NCBI GenBank assembly: GCA_963708025.1
Contig: CAVPSB010000031.1
Coordinates: 64,001-128,000, forward strand
Origin: an uncultured Candidatus Rokubacteria bacterium
GTDB taxonomy: Bacteria; Methylomirabilota; Methylomirabilia; Rokubacteriales; DASRDR01
Direction: 5' to 3'
Length of the DNA: 64,000 bases
Shown here: one piece after another, positions 9,627-19,868 of the stretch
Layout of the letters: every line of letters begins with the position of its first letter
Position numbering within the stretch: position 1 is the stretch's first letter
Made by a program: the position numbers and the translations under genes
Notes under the pieces: generated by a model
What the model was told of the DNA's origin: nothing
The model's database searches: none
Seen by the model: the letters and a program-made list of their open reading frames with translations, nothing else

Positions 9627-10143
9627 ATGGCGGATCCGAGCTGGGGGAAGCACGTGGCGGACGTCCTGCGCCGGAACGGGATCCGGCTCTTCACGACGGT
9701 GCCGGACTACATCGTGAGCCACGTCCTGGAGCACCTGTGGGCCGACCCCGAATGCACCGTGGTCACCGCGACCCGGGAGGAGGAGGGGCTCGGCATCCTC
9801 TCGGGGGCGTGGCTCGGCGGCCAGCGGGGCGCCCTCCTCATGCAGAACAGCGGGCTCGGCAACTGCGTGAACACGCTCGGCTCCCTCAACGTGGCGAGCC
9901 AGATCCCGGTGGTGCTGGTGATCAGCCATCGCGGCGACCTCGGGGAGTTCAACCCGGCCCAGGTGCCGATCGGCCAGGCCGCCGGGCGCATCCTCGACGC
10001 GCTCGACATCCGCTACGCGATGCCGGCATCGATCCCCGAGCTGGAGGCGCAGGCCGACGGCCTGATCAAGCTCGCCTACACGCGCTCGGCTGCCGGTGGC
10101 GTTCGTGCTCCCGGCCGAGCTGACCGGGGGGAAGCTCGGATGA
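9627..10143 (+). CDS. comD: sulfopyruvate/phosphonopyruvate decarboxylase alpha subunit (1-nt frameshift near 10089)
   Basis: TVPD, REEEGLGILSGAWLGG, MQNSGLGN, SHRG; removing one G gives ..SLPVAFVLPAELTGGKLG-stop overlapping the next ATG. Confidence 0.8.
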
Positions 10144-10706
10144 CCCGGGCGACGGCGACCCGCCTCCTCGTCGAGCGCCTGCGGAGCGAGGTGGTGGTCG
10201 CCAACCTGGGGCAGGCGACGCTCGACCTCCAGCGGCTCGGCGACCGGCCGCTCAACTGCTACACCTTCGGGTCGATGGGGCAGGCCTCGTCGATCGCGCT
10301 CGGCGTCGCGCTGGCACGGCCCGACGTCCGGGTGGTCTGCCTCGACGGCGACGGCTCGCTGCTGATGAACCTCGGCTCGCTCTGCACCATCGCCACCCTC
10401 GCGCCCCGCAACTACGCGCTGGTGGTCTGGGACAACGAGGTCCACATGACGACGGGCGGCCAGGCGACGGCGACCGCGTTCCGGTCGAGCCTGGCCGGGC
10501 TGGCGCGGGGCGCGGGGATCGAGAAGGTGCTGGAGCCGCGCGACGAGGCCGAGCTGGGGCGCGCGTTCGACCGGATCCTCGCCGAGGACGGCCCGTGGGT
10601 GGTCCCGGTGAAGGTCGAGAAGGGCCGGGCGGAGGGAACGCTCGACCGCGACGTGATCGGCTACCCCCGCCGGTTCAAGGCGGCGCTGGCCGCCGTCCCG
10701 CAGTAG
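10140..10706 (+). CDS. comE: sulfopyruvate/phosphonopyruvate decarboxylase beta subunit (TPP-binding)
   Basis: GSMGQASSIALG, DGDGSLLMNLG, DNEVHMTTGGQ. Confidence 0.82.
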   Translation: MTRATATRLLVERLRSEVVVANLGQATLDLQRLGDRPLNCYTFGSMGQASSIALGVALARPDVRVVCLDGDGSLLMNLGSLCTIATLAPRNYALVVWDNEVHMTTGGQATATAFRSSLAGLARGAGIEKVLEPRDEAELGRAFDRILAEDGPWVVPVKVEKGRAEGTLDRDVIGYPRRFKAALAAVPQ

Positions 10707-10896
10707 CCGCGCGGCGGCTCGATCCGCCGCCGGCCCCGCTCGCCGGCGGCTTCCCGCCCGCGGCGAACATGAACCCCACCACCACGGGGCGAGCGTCGGG
10801 AGCCGGGGAGCCGGGAGTAGCACGATCCGTTGGACCGTGCTACGATGCCCGGGCCTATCCAGGGCGTTCCCGTACCACTCGGGTCGGAGGGAGACG

Positions 10897-12510
10897 ATGT
10901 CGCGCCGCCGTTCCATCCTCGTCCTGACGGTCGCCCTGGCGCTCGCCGTCGCCGTCGTGATGACCCACCCGGGCGCCCAGCCGGCCTCCCCGGGCGGCGT
11001 GCTCCGCATCGCCGTCCTGACCGACGAGGGGACCCTCCAGCCGTACTCCTACAAGACGGGCTACCCGGGGTGGAACCTGCTCCTGCTGGTCTTCGACACG
11101 GTGCTGCAGCTCGACGCGGACAACGTCCCGCGCCCGCACCTCGCGCGGGAGGTGCAGGTGGCGCCGGACGGCCTCACGTACACCGTCGGTCTCCGCCCCG
11201 GTGTCCGGTGGCACGACGGCCGGCCGCTCACGGCGGACGACGTCAAGTTCACCTACGAGTACTTCCTGAAGAATCCCCACAGCCGCTTCACCGCGCCGCT
11301 GCGCACCGTCGACGCGGTCATGGTCGCCGGGCCGGGCGCGCTGACGATCCGACTGAAGGCGCCGAATCCGTCGTTTCCCGTCCGGGCGCTCGCCGACGTC
11401 CCGATCCTCCCCCGTCACGTCTGGGAGCCCCTGGACCCGGCGAAGCTGAAGGAGCTGCAGGTCCCGATCGGCTCCGGCCCCTACCGCCTGCGGGAGGCCG
11501 ACCCGTCCGCGGTCTACCGGCTGGCGGCGAACCCCGATTACTTCCTGGGCCCGCCGCAGGTGGCCGAGCTGGTCTTCCCCATCCTCCGGGACCTGACGAC
11601 GGCGCTCCAGGCCCTCCGTACCGGGGAGCTCGAGGGCCTCACCCGCGAGCTCCCGCCGGAGCAGGTGCCGCTCTTCAGCCAGCCGCCGTTCAAGGTGGCC
11701 CGGGGCCCGAGCTTCGCCAGCACGCTCCTGCAGCTCAACGCCGAGCGAGCCCCGTTCACGCGGCGCGAGATCCGGCAGGCCATCGACCTCGCCATCGACA
11801 AGCGCCGGCTGGTCGACACGCTCCTCCTGGGCCAGGGCACGGTGGCCTCACCGGGATTCATCCACCCGGGTTCGCCGTCCCACGATCCGACCGTGACCCC
11901 GCGCTTCGACCCGGCCCGGGCCCGCCAGCTCCTCGACCAGCTCGGCGCGGCCCCCGGTCCCGACGGCGTCCGGGTCCTCGACGGCCAGCGCCTGGCCTTC
12001 ACCGTCGTCGTCAACGCGGCCCAGCCGATCCGGATGCGGGCCGCCGAGCTGATCGCGGGGATGCTCCGCGAGCTCGGCCTGTCGCTGACGGTGCGCTCGC
12101 TCGACGCCAACGCGGTCGACGCGCTCGTCTGGCCCGAGTTCGACGTCGCCAAGGGCCGGAACTACGATCTGGCCCTGTGGGGGTGGTCGCCGCCCGTCCA
12201 GGTCGATCCGGGTCGACTCGTCGAGCTGGTCCACTCGGACCCGAAGGTGGGCCGTCTCAACATCGGGGCCTACCGCAGCACTGAGGCGGATCGGCTCGGC
12301 ACCGAGCTCCTCACGGCGCCCGACGAGGCGGCCCGGAAGCGGCTGATCCAGGGGCTCCAGCGCCAGATCGCGGCGGACGTCCCGTTCGTCATGCTCTACT
12401 TCGCCGACGGCAACTACGGCTACCGGGCCGCCGGTCACGACGCGTGGGTGTACCAGAAGGGCCAGGGCATCTACACGAAGCTCTCCTTCCTCCGGCCGGG
12501 CGCGCGGTAG
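10897..12510 (+). CDS. ABC transporter substrate-binding protein, family 5 (peptide/nickel)
   Basis: Signal peptide, LRPGVRWHDGRPLTADDVKFTY, IGSGPYRL; SD GGAGGGAG. Confidence 0.92.
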   Translation: MSRRRSILVLTVALALAVAVVMTHPGAQPASPGGVLRIAVLTDEGTLQPYSYKTGYPGWNLLLLVFDTVLQLDADNVPRPHLAREVQVAPDGLTYTVGLRPGVRWHDGRPLTADDVKFTYEYFLKNPHSRFTAPLRTVDAVMVAGPGALTIRLKAPNPSFPVRALADVPILPRHVWEPLDPAKLKELQVPIGSGPYRLREADPSAVYRLAANPDYFLGPPQVAELVFPILRDLTTALQALRTGELEGLTRELPPEQVPLFSQPPFKVARGPSFASTLLQLNAERAPFTRREIRQAIDLAIDKRRLVDTLLLGQGTVASPGFIHPGSPSHDPTVTPRFDPARARQLLDQLGAAPGPDGVRVLDGQRLAFTVVVNAAQPIRMRAAELIAGMLRELGLSLTVRSLDANAVDALVWPEFDVAKGRNYDLALWGWSPPVQVDPGRLVELVHSDPKVGRLNIGAYRSTEADRLGTELLTAPDEAARKRLIQGLQRQIAADVPFVMLYFADGNYGYRAAGHDAWVYQKGQGIYTKLSFLRPGAR

Positions 12511-12545
12511 CGCGGCACCCCGGGGCGCGAGCCCCGGTCCGATCC

Positions 12546-12633
12546 GAGAGCGTGTGAAGGAGTCGGGTTTTCCGGCTCCCCCTCCCGCCGGTGGGTGGGG
12601 GAGGGGGGTTGGGGGGTAGGCGGGAGGTTCCGA
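12546..12633 (+). repeat. repeat family A copy (GAGCGTGTGAAG..CCCCCTCCC-hairpin-GGGGGAGGGGG..GGGAGGTYCCGA)
   Basis: Near-identical to copies at 16166, 25832 and 48251. Confidence 0.85.
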
Positions 12634-12638
12634 TCAGC

Positions 12639-13619
12639 ATGGGCCGCCGGCGTGGAGTCGGCGCGGCCGCGGCGCAGGCCGGCCTGGTCCTCGCCGTGGC
12701 CGTCACGCTGAACTTCCTCCTCCCGCGCCTGATGCCGGGGAACCCGCTCCGCTTCCTCGCGGGCGAGGACGCGGCGCTCCTCTCGGCCGAGGACCGGGCA
12801 CGGGTGCTCCGGGAGGCCGGGCTCGACCAGCCGCTCGGCGTCCAGTACGGCCGCCATCTCCTGCAGCTCGTCCGGGGCGACCTCGGGCGGTCCTTCCAGC
12901 ACCGGCGCGCCGTCACCGGGCTGCTTCTCGAGCGGCTTCCGTGGACGCTCCTCCTCACCGGCACGAGCCTGGCCCTGGCGGCCGCCGCCGGACTCGGGCT
13001 GGGGGCGCTGGCGGCGTGGCGTCGCGGCAGTCGCTTCGAGCGCGCCGCCCTCGGCGTGAGCCTCGCGCTCGAGGCCGTCCCGGCATTCTGGCTCGGCATG
13101 ATCCTGATCGCCCTCCTGGCCGTCCAGCTCGGCTGGTTTCCCGCCTTCGGCGCGCGTGACGTCTTCCCGATCCGCCGCGGCGTCGCCGCCGCCCTGGACG
13201 CCGCCTGGCATCTCGCTCTGCCCGTCGCCACGCTCACGGCCGTCACCGCCCCCTCGATCTTCCTGGCCATGCGAGCGGGCCTGGTCGGGGTGCTCGGCGA
13301 GGAGTACATCCGCGGCGCCCGCGCCCGGGGCCTGTCCGAGCGGGCCGTGCTCTGGCGCCACGCGGTGCCGAACGCCCTCCTGCCCGTGGTCACCGTCCTC
13401 ATGCTGACCCTCGGCCAGGCGGTGGCGGGAGCGACCGTCGTGGAGACCGTCTTCTCGTATCCCGGCGTGGGTCGCCTCATGTACGAGGCGGCGCTGGCGC
13501 GCGATTACCCGCTGCTCCAGGGCGGGTTCCTTCTTGCCACGGTGAGCGTGCTCGCCGCCAACGGCGCCGCGGACGCCCTCTACCGGGTGCTCGATCCCCG
13601 GGTCGACGCCGATGGCTGA
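12639..13619 (+). CDS. ABC transporter permease (DppB/OppB-like)
   Basis: LPRLMPGNP, GDLGRSF, EEYIRGARARGL, VETVFSYPGVG. Confidence 0.9.
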   Translation: MGRRRGVGAAAAQAGLVLAVAVTLNFLLPRLMPGNPLRFLAGEDAALLSAEDRARVLREAGLDQPLGVQYGRHLLQLVRGDLGRSFQHRRAVTGLLLERLPWTLLLTGTSLALAAAAGLGLGALAAWRRGSRFERAALGVSLALEAVPAFWLGMILIALLAVQLGWFPAFGARDVFPIRRGVAAALDAAWHLALPVATLTAVTAPSIFLAMRAGLVGVLGEEYIRGARARGLSERAVLWRHAVPNALLPVVTVLMLTLGQAVAGATVVETVFSYPGVGRLMYEAALARDYPLLQGGFLLATVSVLAANGAADALYRVLDPRVDADG

Positions 13620-14508
13620 GGCGGCGCCCCCCGCCCGCGGCTGGTCGCCACGGTCGGTGGTGGCGGGGAGGTGGCCCGCCATGCGTGGGGCCTGGCTGCC
13701 GCTGGCGAGCCTGGCGGGGATCGCCCTCGCGGCTCTCCTGGCCCCCTGGGTCGCCCCTTACGACCCTCGCCTCCCGGTGGGTGCCCCCTTCCAGCCCCCG
13801 TCGTCCTCGCACTGGCTCGGCACCAACGACATCGGCCAGGATCTGCTGTCCGAGCTCCTGTGGGGCGGCCGGGTGTCACTCGGAATCGGGCTGGGCGCCG
13901 CGGTCCTGGGAACCAGCCTCGGCACCGCGGCGGGTGTCCTCGGGGCATGGGGCCGCGGTCCGGTCGGGGCGGCGGTGATGCGCGCGGCGGACGTCGCCCT
14001 CGTCGTCCCCTTCCTGCCTCTGGCGATCGTGCTGGCCGCCTTCGTGGGTCCCGGCGCGACGACGCTGGTAGGGGTGATCACGGCGCTCGCCTGGGCTCGG
14101 CCGGCGCGCGTGGTGCGGGCCGCCGTCCTCGGCCAGCGGGCGAGCGAAGCCGTCACCGCGTCGCGCGCGCTCGGCGCGGGCGAGGGGCGGATCGTGGCCC
14201 GGCACGTGCTCCCGGCGGTGCTTCCTGTCGTGGTCGCCGAGTTCGTCCAGCTCGCCGGCCGGGCCCTCCTGCTCGAGGCGTCGCTCGCCTTCCTCGGCCT
14301 CGGCGACCCCGTGCGGAAGTCCTGGGGCGCAACGCTCTTCTACGCGCAGGCGCGCGGGGCCTTCCTCTCCGGGGCATGGCTCTGGTGGGCCGTCCCCCCC
14401 GGCTTGCTGACGACCACGACCGTGCTCGGCCTGGCCGTGATCGGACTCCGGCTGGAGCCGCTCGCGAATCCCCGGCTCGGCCCCGCCCGCGTCCGGCCGG
14501 ACTCCTGA
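13612..14508 (+). CDS. ABC transporter permease (DppC/OppC-like)
   Basis: HWLGTNDIGQD, GRVSLGIG, EASLAFLGLG, SWG. Confidence 0.9.
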   Translation: MAEAAPPARGWSPRSVVAGRWPAMRGAWLPLASLAGIALAALLAPWVAPYDPRLPVGAPFQPPSSSHWLGTNDIGQDLLSELLWGGRVSLGIGLGAAVLGTSLGTAAGVLGAWGRGPVGAAVMRAADVALVVPFLPLAIVLAAFVGPGATTLVGVITALAWARPARVVRAAVLGQRASEAVTASRALGAGEGRIVARHVLPAVLPVVVAEFVQLAGRALLLEASLAFLGLGDPVRKSWGATLFYAQARGAFLSGAWLWWAVPPGLLTTTTVLGLAVIGLRLEPLANPRLGPARVRPDS

Positions 14509-14535
14509 GTCGCTCGAGGGAATCGGCGCTGGCGG

Positions 14536-15165
14536 CTACTCCCGCGCGCGCTCCGCCATCAGGGCCGCCACCGCGGCCGCCAGGGGATCGCCGGCGGCGG
14601 TGAGCGCGTCCCGGACGCGGGCCTGGTCGGCGGCACTGCGGTTCTGGCTGAGCTTCGCCTTCCCCTCCAGCCGGTCGATCGGGATCTCGAAGGCCACGAT
14701 GCCGCGCAGCATGCCGGCGAGGTACTCGGCCGGCAGCGAATCCATGGCCCACGGATCCGATCGGCCCGCCTCGTGGGTCTGGACGAGTCGGGCCAGGAGC
14801 GCCGTCACGCGCGCCGGCTCCTCGATCACCGCCGGCACGCCGGAGGCGTGGACGGCGACGTAGTTCCACGTGGGGACGCTCGGGTGCACCGCGTACCACG
14901 CGGGGGAGACGTAGGCATGCGGGCCGGTGAAGATGGCCAGCACCGGCCGGCCGTCGGCGAAGGAGCGCCACTGGGGATTGGGGCGGGCGACGTGGCCGAG
15001 GAGGGTGCCGAGCGGGCCGCGGTCCGTGTCGAGGAGGAAGGGCAGGTGGGTCGCGAACGGCGCCCCGGCGGGATCGGCGCCGATCAGCGTCCCGAAGCTC
15101 TCGGCCTCGATGAGCCGGTGGCACCAGGCCCGGTCCGGGGCTTCGAAGTGCTGCGGAACGTACAC
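14536..15165 (-). CDS. paiB: FMN-binding negative transcriptional regulator (PaiB family)
   Basis: MYVPQHF, ATHLPFLL, GHVARPNPQW, GPHAYVSPAWY, VPTWNY, KAKLSQNR. Confidence 0.88.
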   Translation of the reverse strand: MYVPQHFEAPDRAWCHRLIEAESFGTLIGADPAGAPFATHLPFLLDTDRGPLGTLLGHVARPNPQWRSFADGRPVLAIFTGPHAYVSPAWYAVHPSVPTWNYVAVHASGVPAVIEEPARVTALLARLVQTHEAGRSDPWAMDSLPAEYLAGMLRGIVAFEIPIDRLEGKAKLSQNRSAADQARVRDALTAAGDPLAAAVAALMAERARE

Positions 15166-15167
15166 GG

Positions 15168-16070
15168 CTACCGGGTCGAGATGAGCCGGCCGATGCGCTT
15201 CTCGATGACGTGGGTGACGGCCGAGAAGTCCTGCAGGCCCCAGCCGGCGGCCAGCGCTTCCTCGTAGGTCCGCCGGGTCTCCTCCAGGAGCGGCGTCGGC
15301 ACGCCGACCTTCGCCGCGTGCTCCAGGGCGAGGCGGGCGTCCTTCGCCATGTGCTGGAGCACGAACGTCGGCGCGAAGTCGCCGTCGAGCAGTCGCCGGG
15401 CGCGGCGCTCCCAGTAGGTGCCGTAGGCCATGCCCCCGCCCTTCCGCACCACCTCGTCGAAGACGTACGGGTCGACGCCGGCCTTGACACACGTGCCCAG
15501 CGCCTCGGCCACCGCGACCGAGACGACCGCGCCCAGCCCGTTGTGCATGAGCTTGATCCGGTTACCGGTGGCGATGGGGCCCACGTGGAGGTGGAGCTTG
15601 CCCATGGCCCTGAGGTACGGCTCGATGCGCGGGAGGCTCGCGGCGTCGCCCCCCACGATGAAGAAGATCTCGCCGGACACCGCCTGGGGCTGGGAGCCGA
15701 GCATCGGCGTGTCCATGTGAGCGATGCCCCGGGCGGCGAGGGCGGCGTGGACCTCCAGCGTGGCCTCGGGGCTGACCGTCGAGCAGTCGCAGGTGACGAG
15801 GCCGGGCCGGCCGCCGCTGGCGACGCCGTCGGGGCCGAGGTAGGCCTGGCGGACGACGTCGTCGTTCGGCAGGCAGGTGAAGACGACCGCCGACCGTTCC
15901 GCCACCGCCCTCGCCGACTCCGCGGCCTCGAGGTCCGGGAGTGCCCGCGCTGCCTGCCGGGCGGCGGGGCTGACGTCGTAGGCCACGACCGGGTGACCGG
16001 CCCTGGCGAGATTCGTGACCATGGGCAGCCCCATGGTGCCCAGCCCGATGAACCCGACTCTGTCCGCCAC
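15168..16070 (-). CDS. beta-hydroxyacid dehydrogenase (3-hydroxyisobutyrate/tartronate semialdehyde reductase family)
   Basis: GFIGLGTMGLPM, DCSTVSP, DTPMLG, IKLMHN, MAKD. Confidence 0.88.
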   Translation of the reverse strand: MADRVGFIGLGTMGLPMVTNLARAGHPVVAYDVSPAARQAARALPDLEAAESARAVAERSAVVFTCLPNDDVVRQAYLGPDGVASGGRPGLVTCDCSTVSPEATLEVHAALAARGIAHMDTPMLGSQPQAVSGEIFFIVGGDAASLPRIEPYLRAMGKLHLHVGPIATGNRIKLMHNGLGAVVSVAVAEALGTCVKAGVDPYVFDEVVRKGGGMAYGTYWERRARRLLDGDFAPTFVLQHMAKDARLALEHAAKVGVPTPLLEETRRTYEEALAAGWGLQDFSAVTHVIEKRIGRLISTR

Positions 16071-16095
16071 GTTGACCTCCTCGGCTCCGAGTTGG

Positions 16096-16869
16096 TCACA
16101 TCCTACCCCGAATGCCGGTCAGCGGGCGGCGCGCCGCAGCAGGTAGAAGCCCCCCCGATGTTCCCAGAGCGTGTGAAGGAATCGGGCCTCCGGCTCCCCC
16201 CTCCCCCCAGTGGGTGGGGGAGGGGGGCTGGGGGGGTGGGAGGGAGGTCCCGAAAATCTCGAGCGGTAGGATCGGGCCTCCGGCTCCCCCCCCCCCAGTG
16301 GGGGGGGGGGCGGGGGGGGGGGGCCCGCGGGTGCCGGGCGTGTAGGGGATGGGCCCCGCGTAGTCGGCCTTGAGCGGCGCCCAGCGGTCGGCCCAGAGCC
16401 GCGCCAGCGTGCCGGTGAGCTGGCGCAGGTGGAGCCGGTCGTGGGCGACCCACGCCGCGACGAGGTCGGCGCCGGAGAGGGGGCCGAGACGCGGGTGCTC
16501 GACGGCGACGCTCAGGCGGTCGGCCGACAGTGTTCCGAGGAACCGGAGGCTCGTCGCCCGCAGCGTCCGGAGCGCGGCCAGGGCCTCGCGCGGGTCGGCG
16601 TCGCGGTAGCGCCGCTCGTCGGCCCAGCGCTCGGGATCGACCGGCGTGAACTGCTGGCCGCCGGTCACCACGACGCGCAACCGGGCCGAGAAGTCCTCCG
16701 CCTCCTCGTCGCGCAGGTGGCACACGATCTCGATCGGCGACCACTCGGCCTCCGCCGGCCGCGCTCGCCAGGTGGCGCCGTCGAGATCCCCCGTCAGCAG
16801 GTCGAGCACCGGCAGCAGCCGGGCCAGCTCGCGACGGGCCTCGCTCAGCAGCATCCCCGGATCGGGCAT
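16096..16869 (-). CDS. DinB-family protein; similarity ends near 16340 and the ORF reads on through repeats
   Basis: WSPIEIVCHLRDEE, WVAHDRLHLRQL metal-binding His pattern. Confidence 0.8.
   Translation of the reverse strand: MPDPGMLLSEARRELARLLPVLDLLTGDLDGATWRARPAEAEWSPIEIVCHLRDEEAEDFSARLRVVVTGGQQFTPVDPERWADERRYRDADPREALAALRTLRATSLRFLGTLSADRLSVAVEHPRLGPLSGADLVAAWVAHDRLHLRQLTGTLARLWADRWAPLKADYAGPIPYTPGTRGPPPPAPPPTGGGGAGGPILPLEIFGTSLPPPQPPSPTHWGEGGAGGPIPSHALGTSGGLLPAAARRPLTGIRGRM
16166..16326 (+). repeat. two tandem copies of repeat family A (second collapsed into homopolymers)
   Basis: atcgggcctccggctccccc..cagtggg occurs twice. Confidence 0.85.
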
Positions 16870-17041
16870 GTGGCTCCTTCCGGCCCCTCCCGCGCGGGCT
16901 GCGGCTCGACCGGGCCTAAGGCGTCGTCAGAGAATAAGTGATCGGTTCCAGGGGTTGAGCGGATAAGCTGCAACGTGGCGATTCTCGGTCTCCTTGGAAA
17001 CGCCGGACCCAGATGATTCGTTCACTTGTTCCTGACACTGC

Positions 17042-18580
17042 CTAAGGACGGGGCGAGGGGATAGACGACAACGCAGCGACCCGGAGGACGGCCGGATCGG
17101 ATGCCGGGAACCGGAGCGTGAAGATCGTCCCGGCGCCCGGGCGACTGTCCACCTCGATGCGCCCGCCGTGTCGCGTGATGAGCGAGTGCGCCACGCTGAG
17201 GCCGAGCCCGATTCCCCGCTCACCCTTGGTGGTGAAGAACGGCTCGAAGATCCGGCGGCGGACCGTTTCGGGCATGCCGGGGCCGGTATCCGCGATGACG
17301 CAACAGACCGCCTGCGCGTCGCCCGCCGTGCTGACCAACAGCTCGCCCCCTTCGGGCATGGCGTCGAACGCGTTGAGGACGATGTTCAGCAAGGCCTCGC
17401 GTAGCTCCGATGGATCGGCGGCGATCGGGGGCAGCGGCCCCGTCTCCAGCCGGATCGTGTAGCGGCGGCCGTTGGGGCGCCCGGCATCGTCCCAGCGCGG
17501 CCGGCTGATCTCGAGCACGTCCTCCACCAGGCTGTTGAGATCGACCGGCGACGCGGGCACCACCCGGGGGGGCTGGGTGAATTCCAGGAGTCTCCGGACC
17601 GACCGGGCGCCGTCCTGGGTGACCTTCTCGATGACTTCCAGGTATCGGGCCAGCTCGGCGTTGTCCTCTCGCTGGAGCCGCTGGCGGAGGAGCTGCGTAC
17701 GACCCTGAATCGACGCCAGGACGTTGTTGACGTCGTGAATGACGCCGCCCGCCACCTCGCCGAGCCTCTGGAATCGCTCGGCCGTGGCTGCTCGCTCCCC
17801 GGGATCGTCGCCCGCCGCCATGCCGGCCCGGCCGTGGTCCCCGGGCTGGGGATTCGCCGGGGGCGCGACGTCGGACCGGGAGCGGCCCGCCTGCTGATCC
17901 CGCCGGCCGGAGCGGCCGACCAGCAGGCGAACGCCGGCGTAGAGGACGAGGCCGCTCGCCAGCGCAAGCGGCCAGACCGCCATCCAGAGCCACTGTTGAC
18001 TGCGGCGCAAGCGCCCCGGAGCCTTCGCCAGCTCCAGAACGCCGATCTGCTCCGCGCCGTCTTCGCACAGGATCGGAAGGTAGGCGACGGCCTGCGCGGC
18101 GAGGAGGTGACCGCCGTCGCGCGTCGGCGGCGAGCTTCCCTGCGTGAGCTGGAGCACCACCCTCCCGGCCAGGGCGTCCCGCAGCTCGCGGCTCTCCGGC
18201 AGGATCTGGCGGGGCTCCTCTCGCTCGCTCGACCAGAGGATCCGCGCATCCTGGCCGCGGACTCGGACCCGCGCGATTGCCGGAAGCCCCACGAACCGCC
18301 GGCCGATGTCGCCTGCCCACCCCGGGTGACTCTCGGCGTCGGGGAACTCGGTGACCAGCGGCTCCAGGCCACTCAGCTCGAGATGATTCTCGATCGCGGC
18401 GGGACTCGCCTCCCAGTACCACTCGGGCACCAGGTGAACGGACAGGGCCGAGAAGAAAACGCCGAGAGCGGTGGTCAATGTAACCACCGCGAGGAAATCC
18501 CGAACGAGAAATCGCCGAAGCACGGGTTCCCGACCTTCCCCTGTCCCGCCACTTTCAAGGAGGGACGGAACGAGTGTCAA
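17042..18580 (-). CDS. membrane sensor histidine kinase (start may be near 18523)
   Basis: Two TM segments, GGVIHDVNNVL H-box, NIVLNAFDAM, DTGPGM, FEPFFTTK, GLGL. Confidence 0.85.
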   Translation of the reverse strand: MTLVPSLLESGGTGEGREPVLRRFLVRDFLAVVTLTTALGVFFSALSVHLVPEWYWEASPAAIENHLELSGLEPLVTEFPDAESHPGWAGDIGRRFVGLPAIARVRVRGQDARILWSSEREEPRQILPESRELRDALAGRVVLQLTQGSSPPTRDGGHLLAAQAVAYLPILCEDGAEQIGVLELAKAPGRLRRSQQWLWMAVWPLALASGLVLYAGVRLLVGRSGRRDQQAGRSRSDVAPPANPQPGDHGRAGMAAGDDPGERAATAERFQRLGEVAGGVIHDVNNVLASIQGRTQLLRQRLQREDNAELARYLEVIEKVTQDGARSVRRLLEFTQPPRVVPASPVDLNSLVEDVLEISRPRWDDAGRPNGRRYTIRLETGPLPPIAADPSELREALLNIVLNAFDAMPEGGELLVSTAGDAQAVCCVIADTGPGMPETVRRRIFEPFFTTKGERGIGLGLSVAHSLITRHGGRIEVDSRPGAGTIFTLRFPASDPAVLRVAALSSIPSPRP

Positions 18581-18896
18581 GCACGAACTGCGGCGGCGTA
18601 CGCGATTCGCTCCACGACGGTCACCGGAAGGACGGCCTTCGAGGGCGAATCGGTGGCCGGTATATTTCGTGCACCATTTCTAGCGCCGCACTCTATGCAT
18701 GAACACACAGCAGCTGAGGCCCGCGGAAGGGATTGCCCGATGGTTCCGGAATCCCGCACCAGCTCGACACTCCCTCGAAGTGGCGGTCGCGGCTCTCAGA
18801 TGAGACTGCGCTAACGGGGTGACCGCAGAGCGCGCGCGGTGTTCGCCGGGCGACGCGCAGCGTTCAATCCGTGACGCGGAGGTCGGGGAGAGATTC

Positions 18897-19097
18897 ATGG
18901 GACTGATGGGATCGAACGGGCCGATTCGATCGTCAGGTGAGGGTCGGGGGTATGTCGCACGGCAGGACCCGGAGCCGCTCGTCGAGCAGGAGCTCGAAGC
19001 GCTGACTGCGTCGATTCGGGCGATCCGGGATGCGGTGCGGACACTCCTGGACGAGATCGACCCAGATTCCGCGAGCGCCGGCAGGTCGGGTGACTGA
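18897..19097 (+). CDS. small hypothetical protein
   Basis: SD GGGGAG, coiled-coil-like C-terminus, directly upstream of the OmpA gene. Confidence 0.35.
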   Translation: MGLMGSNGPIRSSGEGRGYVARQDPEPLVEQELEALTASIRAIRDAVRTLLDEIDPDSASAGRSGD

Positions 19098-19123
19098 CTG
19101 CGTCGGCTGAGGGAGGTGTACCG

Positions 19124-19840
19124 ATGAACAGGCGATTTGTCGCGGTCTCCGTGCTGGCAGCCGTGGGCATGATGAGCGCGGGCTGCCTGGCGACCCGGAA
19201 CTTCGTCCGGGAGAATGTCCAGCAGAGCGAGACGAAGACGGGGCAGGAGCTGACCCGGGTCGAGGGCCAGGTCACCCAGGCACGGGGCGTCGCCGATGCG
19301 GCGACCAAGCAGGCGACGGAGGCCACCCAGCTCGCCGGCCAGGCCGGCACCAAGGCCGACGAGGCGGCCCAGGCGGCGGGCCGCGCGGCGAACCGGGCGG
19401 AGGAAGGGTTCGGCGTCGCCACCCAGGCCCAGGCGAAGGCCGACCAGACCGACACCCGGCTGACCCGGCTGTGGACTAGCCGCCACAAGTACGCCATCGT
19501 CGATACACTCGTGATCTCGTTCGGCTTCAACAAGTGGCGGCTGGACGACCGGGCGGAGACGTCGCTGCTCGACGTGGTCCGGCAGCTCAACGACAACCCG
19601 GGCCTCTCCGTGAACGTCGAGGGCTACACCGATGACGTCGGGACGGCCGACTACAACCTGGAGCTGAGCCGGCGCCGGGCCGAGTCCGTCCGCCGCTTCA
19701 TCGTGGAGAAGGGGATCGACCTCCACCGCATCCAGACCATCGGCCTCGGCCAGGCCCGCCCCGCCGCCGCCAACGCCACGAAGCAGGGCCGGGATCAGAA
19801 CCGGCGCGTCGCCATCCGGCTCGTCACCCCGAGCGAGTAA
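19124..19840 (+). CDS. OmpA-family lipoprotein with alanine-rich coiled coil
   Basis: Lipobox SAGC, FGFNKWRL, VEGYTDDVG..YNLELSRRRAESV, NRRV. Confidence 0.9.
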   Translation: MNRRFVAVSVLAAVGMMSAGCLATRNFVRENVQQSETKTGQELTRVEGQVTQARGVADAATKQATEATQLAGQAGTKADEAAQAAGRAANRAEEGFGVATQAQAKADQTDTRLTRLWTSRHKYAIVDTLVISFGFNKWRLDDRAETSLLDVVRQLNDNPGLSVNVEGYTDDVGTADYNLELSRRRAESVRRFIVEKGIDLHRIQTIGLGQARPAAANATKQGRDQNRRVAIRLVTPSE

Positions 19841-19868
19841 GGCGCCCGCAACCGGTCGGCGTCCGGGG

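Noticed and set aside
9627-10706. Natural ComD-ComE fusion (359-aa ORF)
   Set aside because: Deleting one G near 10089 gives a normal alpha C-terminus whose TGA overlaps the beta ATG, so it is likely an indel artefact
16096-16340. Pro/Gly-rich C-terminal extension of the DinB protein
   Set aside because: It is translation through family A repeats with unreliable homopolymers
16925-17045. att site at the AT-richer stretch beside the histidine kinase
   Set aside because: No matching direct repeat, tRNA or integrase found nearby
18810-18900. tRNA-like or riboswitch structure upstream of the OmpA locus
   Set aside because: No cloverleaf, T-loop or recognisable aptamer consensus
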